Positions 31,701 to 38,914 of a DNA stretch of 64,000 bases are shown one piece after another. Source of the DNA: Candidatus Palauibacter sp. (GTDB lineage: Bacteria; Gemmatimonadota; Gemmatimonadetes; Palauibacterales; Palauibacteraceae). Both the position numbers and the translations under genes were made by a program. The notes below the pieces were generated by a model that did not search any database, was not told the origin of the DNA, and saw only the letters and a list, made by a program, of their open reading frames with translations. The DNA lies in NCBI RefSeq assembly GCF_965261555.1, contig NZ_OZ253465.1:2649318-2713317 (forward strand), written 5' to 3'. Position 1 is the first letter of the stretch. Every line of letters starts with the position of its first letter.

Positions 31701-32036
31701 GCGGTCGCCTGGGCCCACGAGGTCGAAGGTCTCTCGCCGATGAGCGGCATGAACGGGATCTACGACGCCGATTCGATCCACTGGCGCGAGCTGTCGCTCA
31801 GCTATCGCGTACCGGCGGGGGTCATCGAGCGCTGGGGCTTCTCGGCTGCGACGGTGAACATGGGCGTGCGCAACCTGATGCTCTTCATGCTCGGCGATTA
31901 CCCGGGCATGGACCCGGAGGGCAACGTCCTCGGGCGCTGCAACGGCGGCCTCAACTGCAACTTCCTGAATTCGACGGAAGGGTGGGGCATTCCGGTCCCG
32001 CGGCGCTTCACGATGTCCGTCCGGCTCACTCTCTAG
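28764..32036 (+). CDS. SusC/RagA-type TonB-dependent receptor
   Basis: IRIRG, [57 protein letters not shown]. Confidence 0.92.
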   Translation: [1090 protein letters not shown]

Positions 32037-32057
32037 ATCATCCAAGCGGGGGAAACC

Positions 32058-33389
32058 ATGAAGAATCGATATCTCAAGGCCTGTCTGGCCACGCCTCTTC
32101 TGGCCGTTTTCGCGCTCGGATGCGGCGACCTGCTGGACGTCAACAACCCCAACGACCTGGTCGAAGAGGACGTTCGCCAGGAGGCGGCCGCGTCCGCCGT
32201 CGTGAACGGAACGCTCACGCTCGTGGCGTCTTCCGTGTCCCAATCCTGGCAGCCGTACCTGGTCGCGTCCGACGAGATGCGCTGGATCGGCTCAAGGGAT
32301 GCCTGGCTCTCGCTCGACCTCGGATTCGTGGATGATCCGCTGAACGAGTTCATCGATGGCCCGTTCCCGGCCATGGGACAGGCCCGGTGGATGAGCGACG
32401 AAGCCATCGAGATCCTGCAGGAGCATCACGGCAACAACCCATCCAACTCGATCAAGACCGACCTGGCTCGTGCGTACATGTACTCCGGCATCATCTACAT
32501 GGTGATCGGAGAGATCCAGGAGGACTTCGCGTTCTCGGACAAGACGGAGAGCGGACCTCCGATCGGACCGGGCAACATGTCCTCGGTGCTGGACGGTGCG
32601 ATCGACAGGTTCTCCTCGGCCATCTCCGGCTTCAATGAGGTGGGAGACATGGACATGGCGACCCGGGCGAGGGCCCTTCGCGCCCGAGCCAGGCAGTCCC
32701 GCGCGATATGGGACGCGATCAACCCGTCGCCATCCGGAAGCGGGCTGGTGTCCTCGGCCGACGCGGGCGCGGACGCCGCCGCGGTGCTCGCGAGCGTCCA
32801 GCCGGACTGGACGCACAACCTGACGTTCTCGAGCGCCAGCCGCACCAACTCGATGGCGTCGTGGGTCAACGACCGCAAGGAGAACCAGATCGATCTCTCG
32901 ATCGCCACGGTGGACGACCAGAACGACATCAACGGGATCGCCCTCCAGGATCCCATCGATGGCGTTGACGACCCGGCGGTCATCAAGTGGCTGAATCAGT
33001 GGAAGGGCGGAAGCTACCTCGACAAGGGCGGGGTCTATCCGCCTCTGACGTTGACCTCCGCCCGGATGATGCACCTGATTCTGGCCGAAAACGCGCTGGC
33101 GGGCGGGGATTCCAACGGCTTCGCCATGCACATCAATCACATCCGCGCGCTGGACGGCGTCACCCCGTACTCCGGCCAGATCTCCGAGATGGAGATGCTC
33201 CAGCACACGCGCCGGGTGAACGTGCTGCTGCAGGGCCTGCGCCTGGCGGACATGTACCGGTGGGGACTCACGGATCCCAAGTGGCAGGGCTCCTCGGCCG
33301 CGTTGTCGCAGCCGGGTACGATGCTCCCGATCTCGATCATCGAGCTGCGGGCGAACTGCCACCTGAACGGCCTGGGTTGCGGAGGTTGA
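32058..33389 (+). CDS. SusD/RagB-like outer-membrane lipoprotein
   Basis: Lipobox ALGC-GDLLDVNNPN, LRARA, LILAE...IN.IR, RR..L.LQG.RL.D.YR; directly follows SusC. Confidence 0.82.
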   Translation: MKNRYLKACLATPLLAVFALGCGDLLDVNNPNDLVEEDVRQEAAASAVVNGTLTLVASSVSQSWQPYLVASDEMRWIGSRDAWLSLDLGFVDDPLNEFIDGPFPAMGQARWMSDEAIEILQEHHGNNPSNSIKTDLARAYMYSGIIYMVIGEIQEDFAFSDKTESGPPIGPGNMSSVLDGAIDRFSSAISGFNEVGDMDMATRARALRARARQSRAIWDAINPSPSGSGLVSSADAGADAAAVLASVQPDWTHNLTFSSASRTNSMASWVNDRKENQIDLSIATVDDQNDINGIALQDPIDGVDDPAVIKWLNQWKGGSYLDKGGVYPPLTLTSARMMHLILAENALAGGDSNGFAMHINHIRALDGVTPYSGQISEMEMLQHTRRVNVLLQGLRLADMYRWGLTDPKWQGSSAALSQPGTMLPISIIELRANCHLNGLGCGG

Positions 33390-33856
33390 GACCGCGGGAG
33401 AGGCGGCCATCCCCGGCCGCCTCTCCCCTCCTGGGTCTGCCGCTCCTGCTGGCGGCCGCCACCCTTGGCGGCTGCTCGGCGATTCTCGATGACCCGACGC
33501 CCGAGAACATCCATTTCGCGATGCGGGGCGAGGCGGGCACGCGGGTCCGGGCGATCTACTCCACGCAGTTCGTGGCCGGCCTCAACGAGTTCGGCGTGAC
33601 GCGGGTGCAGGTGGTCCGGGCCGATACCGTCGTTCACGAGATCCCCTTCCAGCGTACGGTGGATATCTCGATCGACCGGCGGTGGTTTGTCCAGGCGGAG
33701 TCGCTGGACGGGGATACGCTTTCGGTTAACGTCATCGTGAACGTGGACGACCGGGGTCTCGTCGACGAATCCGGCGGGATCTTCCCCGGCGAACCCTGGC
33801 ACTTCGTCTACTCCTTCAACCAGCTTCTGACGCGAGACCTCGATGTCGCATTCTGA
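33386..33856 (+). CDS. Hypothetical lipoprotein
   Basis: TTG overlaps the susD stop; hydrophobic signal with LGGC lipobox; beta-rich mature part. Confidence 0.65.
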   Translation: MRPRERRPSPAASPLLGLPLLLAAATLGGCSAILDDPTPENIHFAMRGEAGTRVRAIYSTQFVAGLNEFGVTRVQVVRADTVVHEIPFQRTVDISIDRRWFVQAESLDGDTLSVNVIVNVDDRGLVDESGGIFPGEPWHFVYSFNQLLTRDLDVAF

Positions 33857-34403
33857 TTCTCCGACGGTCGGCCGCGCGCGGCGGCGTCGGCTCGTCGCCC
33901 TTCTCTGTGTCCTGCTCACGGTTCCGGGCTGCTATTCCTACAGGCTCGCCGAAGAGCCGCCTGTGGGCGCCGTGGCGCGAATGCGCGTGCCGCTCCAGTC
34001 CGCGGTCGCCAATCCCAATGCGCCTCCCGGGACGGTCGCGATCGAGGGGAAGATCATCAGCGTGGGAGATTCGATCCGGTTCGAAGCGAGCACGCGGCAC
34101 ACGGTTGGCATGTTCCGCGATGTCGTGCAGTACGACACCCTGAGCGTGGCCCGGGACGGTCTCGTGAGCATCGAGGTGCGCGAATTCTCGACGACGAAGA
34201 GCGTCCTTCTCGGCGCTGGACTCGTGGCGGGCACCGCGGCCCTCGCGGCCGCCGCGGCGGGGGTCGGGGGAGGCGACGCCGGCGCTGGGCCGGGCACGGA
34301 TGCCCCCCAGGCGTCCACCGCGGTGGGCGTTTCCGTACCGGTGACCTCGATCGGACAATGGTTCGGGCGAGCGCTGCCCTCGCTCCTCGGGCTGAGGCCC
34401 TGA
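33843..34403 (+). CDS. Hypothetical lipoprotein with C-terminal hydrophobic segment
   Basis: Arg-rich n-region plus VPGC lipobox; overlaps the upstream gene. Confidence 0.6.
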   Translation: MSHSDSPTVGRARRRRLVALLCVLLTVPGCYSYRLAEEPPVGAVARMRVPLQSAVANPNAPPGTVAIEGKIISVGDSIRFEASTRHTVGMFRDVVQYDTLSVARDGLVSIEVREFSTTKSVLLGAGLVAGTAALAAAAAGVGGGDAGAGPGTDAPQASTAVGVSVPVTSIGQWFGRALPSLLGLRP

Positions 34404-34542
34404 CGGACACCCTCCCACGATAATGTCCGGCGGCCGCCTGCCGATTTGGCATGGCGCGTCGAGATCAAGCCCGTCCGGACGGCAGTTCCGCGCCTGTGTG
34501 CTGTAGCTACGGCATAAGGGTGCCCGCCGCCGCACCGATCTC

Positions 34543-34559
34543 TTGGCACGCCGATTGCA
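34543..34559 (+). promoter_or_regulatory. Sigma-54 (-24/-12) promoter of hsp20
   Basis: TTGGCACG-CCGA-TTGCA matches the TGGCACG-N4-TTGCW consensus exactly. Confidence 0.85.
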
Positions 34560-34655
34560 CATCCCTCCAGTGGCCGCGCCGCGGGCGCCTTTACGGGACC
34601 CGGTTGCGGATCGAAGGCACAAAACCGATCCAACAATTCGACGGAGGGTATCGTC

Positions 34656-35087
34656 ATGCTACCGACCATCATTCACCGCGCGCCGAGCCGCCGCCGGGGG
34701 GACTTCGACTTCGACCGGCTGTTCAACGGCCTGCTCGACCTCGATCGATCGAGCCGTTCCGTGGCGGCCGCGGATCTGTACGAGACCGAGGAGGGTTACG
34801 GCCTCGAACTCGAACTGCCCGGATTCAGGGAGGCCGAGATCGACGTGACCGTGGATCGCGGCGTGCTCACGATCTCGGGCGCGCGTTCGGAGGAGGAAGA
34901 GGAGGAGGGCCGCACGTACCACGTGCGCGAGCGGCGAAACGAGCGGTTCACGCGCAGCTTCTCGCTCCCCGCCTCCATCCGGGGTGAGGACGTCCACGCA
35001 CACCTCGACGCCGGCGTGCTCACAGTGGAGCTGCCGAAGTCACCGGAGGCGAAGCCGCACCGCGTCGCCGTAGGCGGCACGAAGTAA
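34656..35087 (+). CDS. Hsp20/alpha-crystallin small heat shock protein
   Basis: DLYETEE..ELPG..IDVTV..GVLTISG, RER...FTRSFSLP, GVLTVELPK, C-terminal VAV. Confidence 0.95.
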   Translation: MLPTIIHRAPSRRRGDFDFDRLFNGLLDLDRSSRSVAAADLYETEEGYGLELELPGFREAEIDVTVDRGVLTISGARSEEEEEEGRTYHVRERRNERFTRSFSLPASIRGEDVHAHLDAGVLTVELPKSPEAKPHRVAVGGTK

Positions 35088-35113
35088 GTCGTCGCGCGGC
35101 AGCCGCTCATGCA

Positions 35114-35150
35114 AGAAGGGCCGGGGGAGTTCCCCGGCCCTTCTCGTTTC
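35114..35150. terminator. Likely bidirectional intrinsic terminator
   Basis: 13-bp inverted repeat AGAAGGGCCGGGG/CCCCGGCCCTTCT between convergent genes. Confidence 0.8.
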
Positions 35151-35169
35151 CGTTCCGTCTCCCGTCGGC

Positions 35170-37692
35170 TCAGTCGGGGTCGAGGATGTCGTCGATCCTG
35201 GCCAGGGCGTCGCGCAGGTGGAGGTCCGTCGTGCGGTCGAGCCGCTGCCGGAGGGCGCGTTCGATTGCGTCCTGAAGCCCGTGGAGTTCGCCCCGCACGA
35301 AGGCCCGGATGTCCGACTGGGACACGTCCACCGAGGTGAAGAAGTCGGAGAGGCCGCCGAAGAAGAAGAACGGGAGCGAGAGTTCCTGCGTCATCAGGTA
35401 CTCGAGCCGCTCCAGGTGCCCGCGCTGGAGATTCCGCCGGTAGACCCCGATCGAGGCGCCGGTTTCCAGCTCTCCCCAGATCGAGGCGCGCAGGTCCTCG
35501 AACATCTCGCCGAGGCTGTAGTGGTCGTCCCCGTTCCGGGCTTCCGCCTCGATCAGCCGCTGCATGCGGCCGGGGTCGAGGATCAGGTTCACGACCCGAA
35601 CCTGGATGCCCCGCAAGCGGTCCACGGTCGACGGGTTCTCGATCTTCGAGAGGATGTCCTCGTCGACCATCCACGTGGGCGGGTCGAAGGCCTGTCGCGC
35701 GAAGAAGTCCATGGCGCGCCGCTGCGTGGCTTCGTCCACGAACTCGTACACCGGGCCCTCCTGCCCGATGCGCTTCCGCGTGCGCGTCACCCCGCCGACC
35801 ACGGTCGCGACGTGGCCCATGTAGCGGCTCCACTGGCCGATGAGGTTGTTGTAGAGTTCCGCCAGCTCCTCGTAGTTCTCGCCCTCGCGGCCGTCGCTGC
35901 TCCACTCGATCAGGTTGGGCAGGATCCGCTTCAGGTTCTCGATGCCGAGGTCGCTCGCCTCCATCGCGTCGGAGCCGATCGCCTCCGTCTGGGAGGTCGG
36001 ATCGATCGGGGTGCCGTCGCCGAAATGATAGACCGGGTCGTCCTCCACCTCGCGAATCCAGGCGTCGAGCGTGGCGCGCTCCCCGTCCGTGTCCTCGTCC
36101 AGGATCGGCCGGTAACCCCAGTTGACCGAGAAGAGGTCGTACGGACCGACCCGCGGATCCGTACACGCGCCCTCGTCCTCGGGCTGCGCGACGTAGTTGA
36201 AGCGCGCATAGTCCATGATCGACGGGGCGACCCCGTTGCGGCACACGAATCCCGGCGCCCGCAGCGAGTCCACCGAAAAGCCGGAACTTGATTTCATATT
36301 GTGCGGGAGCCCGATCGTGTGGCCGACCTCGTGCGCGGCGACGAAGCGAATCAGCTCGCCCATGACCTCGTCTTCGAAGAGGGCGCGGCGCGCCGCCGGA
36401 TTCACGGCCCCGGTCTGAATCAGATACCAGTTCCGGAGCAGGTTGGCGACGTTGTGATACCACTGGATGTCGCTCTCCAGAATCTCGCCCGTGCGCGGGT
36501 CGTGGACGTGCGGCCCGGAGGCGTTCTGCACCTGAGACGGGAGCCAGCGGATCACGGAATAGCGCACGTCCTCCGGGCTGAACTCCGGGTCCTCCTCGAA
36601 GGAGGGCGGCATGCGCCCCTGGATCGCGTTGCTGAACCCCGCCGCCTCGAACGCCTCCTGCCAGTCCTCGATGCCCTGAATCAGGTAGGGCCGCCACTTC
36701 TCCGGCGTCGCCGGGTCGAGGTAGTAGATGATGGGTTTGACCGGGTCGACGAGTTCGCCGCGCCGGAAAGCCGCGGTGTCGCTCGGCTCCAGCCGCCAGC
36801 GCGTGATGTAGGTGCGCGTGACGACCTTCTGGTCGCTCAGGCCGTAGTCCACCTGGTTCACGTTGAAGTACCCGACGCGCTCGTCGTGCAGCCGCGGCTG
36901 CATCGGTTCGTCCGGGAGCAGGACCATCGACTGGTTCATCTCCATCGAGATCGAGTTCGTGCTCGCGTTCGACGGAGGCGTCTGCGCGTTGTAGGTGAGG
37001 ACGTGCCGCACTTCGACGTTGCGGGGGAAGCTCTTGATCCAGTCGACGTAGGTGCGGTTCGAATCCAGCGAGCGCACCCGGTACGCCTCGCGGCGGGACT
37101 GGCTCAGCCCGAACATCGGGATGTCGGACTCGAACAGCGGCGTGGCGTCGATGACGACGCTCGTCGAGTCGTCGTTCAGCGCCTCGATGTCGAAGGCCCG
37201 CAGAATCGGCTCGAAGTTCGCGCCCCGCACGGCCCGCGCCACCGGAAGGGCCTCGTCCGCCACGTTCGTGTGTCGCACGACGCGGAGGAAGATCCGCTCG
37301 TCGTCCGACCCGTTCTTCTCCCAGCGAATGACCTGCGTATTCGCCTTCTGGCCGCCGTAGCCCATCCCCTCGGGAACCGACGCCAGCCGGCTCACGAGCA
37401 GGATCTCGCGCCCCAGAATCTCGTTCGGAATCTCGAACAGCCATTTGTCGTCCACCCGGTGGACGTGGACCATCCCGGAATCCGTGACCGCTTCCTCCGT
37501 GACGACTTCGGAATACGGTTCCGGTCCGTCGTCGTCATCCCCGCCGCCGCGGGCGACGGGCCCACCTCCGCTCGAGGCGGATGGGCCGGGCGCAGGCCGG
37601 GCGAAGGGCCGGATGCAGCCCGTGGCCACGACGAGGAGCGAGAGCGTCAGGATGAGGACGAGAGGGCGTGTGTTGCGCGCGATCTGGACCAT
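35170..37692 (-). CDS. Zinc-dependent metalloprotease lipoprotein (metzincin, DUF5118/5117/4953-type)
   Basis: Lipobox ATGC, WRLEP, PII YY..PATP, HEVGHTIGLPHNM, Met-turn SIMDY, GPYD...WGY. Confidence 0.9.
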   Translation of the reverse strand: MVQIARNTRPLVLILTLSLLVVATGCIRPFARPAPGPSASSGGGPVARGGGDDDDGPEPYSEVVTEEAVTDSGMVHVHRVDDKWLFEIPNEILGREILLVSRLASVPEGMGYGGQKANTQVIRWEKNGSDDERIFLRVVRHTNVADEALPVARAVRGANFEPILRAFDIEALNDDSTSVVIDATPLFESDIPMFGLSQSRREAYRVRSLDSNRTYVDWIKSFPRNVEVRHVLTYNAQTPPSNASTNSISMEMNQSMVLLPDEPMQPRLHDERVGYFNVNQVDYGLSDQKVVTRTYITRWRLEPSDTAAFRRGELVDPVKPIIYYLDPATPEKWRPYLIQGIEDWQEAFEAAGFSNAIQGRMPPSFEEDPEFSPEDVRYSVIRWLPSQVQNASGPHVHDPRTGEILESDIQWYHNVANLLRNWYLIQTGAVNPAARRALFEDEVMGELIRFVAAHEVGHTIGLPHNMKSSSGFSVDSLRAPGFVCRNGVAPSIMDYARFNYVAQPEDEGACTDPRVGPYDLFSVNWGYRPILDEDTDGERATLDAWIREVEDDPVYHFGDGTPIDPTSQTEAIGSDAMEASDLGIENLKRILPNLIEWSSDGREGENYEELAELYNNLIGQWSRYMGHVATVVGGVTRTRKRIGQEGPVYEFVDEATQRRAMDFFARQAFDPPTWMVDEDILSKIENPSTVDRLRGIQVRVVNLILDPGRMQRLIEAEARNGDDHYSLGEMFEDLRASIWGELETGASIGVYRRNLQRGHLERLEYLMTQELSLPFFFFGGLSDFFTSVDVSQSDIRAFVRGELHGLQDAIERALRQRLDRTTDLHLRDALARIDDILDPD

Positions 37693-37805
37693 GCTGTTGG
37701 CTTCCCGGTTCGGGTATGTTGTGGGCGGGCCCCGACGGCCTTCGACCCGGGCGCCCAACGTAAGCGGGGGTGGAATGGCGGGCCAACGCCGACGGCCCAT
37801 CCGCA

Positions 37806-37835
37806 TTGACGTATCCGCCTTGTAAAGCGTAGGGT
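37806..37835 (+). promoter_or_regulatory. Putative sigma-70 promoter
   Basis: TTGACG-N18-TAGGGT upstream of the CDS at 37928. Confidence 0.45.
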
Positions 37836-37927
37836 TCCAGCAGTTACGCCCGGTCTCGTCGACCGTCCCCGCGGTGAAAGGCACGCGTGCGGAGGGCGCG
37901 ACGTCTTACTTTGAAGGAGGTACTCCA

Positions 37928-38818
37928 ATGCGCATCCGCACCCTGGCTCCCTTTGCCCTGGCTCTGAGCATCGCCTGCGGCGGGGCGGAGATGGAAGAGG
38001 CCGCGACGGAGGAGATGACGGAGGCGATGGACGACGCCCCCGCCATGCTCGACGCCGATGCGGCGATGGCGACGATCACGGATTACTGGCAGACCCACTA
38101 CAACATGGGTCACGGCAGCATGGTTGCGAGCAAGTTCGTGGAGGACGGAGTCCTCTGGGGCAGTTCCGGGGCCATGCTCTACGGAAGGGAAGCGATCGGC
38201 GAGGGCCTCCAATCGCGGATGGACGCGGGGAGTTCGGAGATCGCGATCCACCCCGGCGCCGCGATGGGGTTCGGCGACCAGGTCGTCGCGCGCGGACACT
38301 ACGTGCTGACCGGCGGGGACGCCCGCAACTCCGGCTACTACATGGGCGTGGCCGAGAACGTGGACGGGGAGTGGGCGCTGAAGGGCATGGTGGCCAATCT
38401 CGACACACCCGACCAGACCATGTCGGCCGGCGCGATGATGGACATGCCGGAGGGGATGGGCGGCGATCTCGTCCAGGAGAGCAGCGACTACTTCGTCACG
38501 CACTACAACATGGGGCACGCCTCCATGGTCGCGAACACGTTCACCGAGGACGCGGTCGCCATGCTGCCCGGCGAAGGGGCGCGCGAGGGCCGCGCGGCCG
38601 TCGAGGAGGGGCTGCAGGCGCTGTTCGACGCGGGCGTCATGTTCAGCGGCATGACGACCTGGTCCGCGCACGACCTCGACGAGGGGCACGCGGTCGGAAT
38701 CGGCACCTACGGCACCGAAGACGGGGGCGCGGGGCACTACGCCGCGCTCTATTCGCGCGGCGAGGACGGGAGCCTGATGCTGCACTGGTTCCTGATGGGC
38801 GCCCACCAGGGGATGTAG
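37928..38818 (+). CDS. Met/His-rich lipoprotein with two NTF2/SnoaL-like (DUF4440-like) domains
   Basis: Strong SD GAAGGAGG, lipobox SIAC; internal duplication (F.ED..., GR.A., G.Y, DG.W/DGS) typical of SnoaL-like folds. Confidence 0.75.
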   Translation: MRIRTLAPFALALSIACGGAEMEEAATEEMTEAMDDAPAMLDADAAMATITDYWQTHYNMGHGSMVASKFVEDGVLWGSSGAMLYGREAIGEGLQSRMDAGSSEIAIHPGAAMGFGDQVVARGHYVLTGGDARNSGYYMGVAENVDGEWALKGMVANLDTPDQTMSAGAMMDMPEGMGGDLVQESSDYFVTHYNMGHASMVANTFTEDAVAMLPGEGAREGRAAVEEGLQALFDAGVMFSGMTTWSAHDLDEGHAVGIGTYGTEDGGAGHYAALYSRGEDGSLMLHWFLMGAHQGM

Positions 38819-38827
38819 CCGCCTTCT

Positions 38828-38865
38828 TGCCGGTCGGGTGGTCTCAGAGGGCGACCCGACCGGCA
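38828..38865. terminator. Hairpin between convergent genes
   Basis: 12-bp inverted repeat TGCCGGTCGGGT/ACCCGACCGGCA. Confidence 0.6.
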
Positions 38866-38914
38866 GCCCCACTCTACTCTCCGGCCCCATCTGAGGGGGG
38901 GCTCCGCAGTACGG

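Noticed and set aside
33375-33389. SusD ending GCGG-UGA as a possible second selenocysteine site
   Set aside because: The UGA overlaps the TTG start of the next lipoprotein, the SusD fold appears complete, and I see no SECIS-like hairpin at the expected distance.
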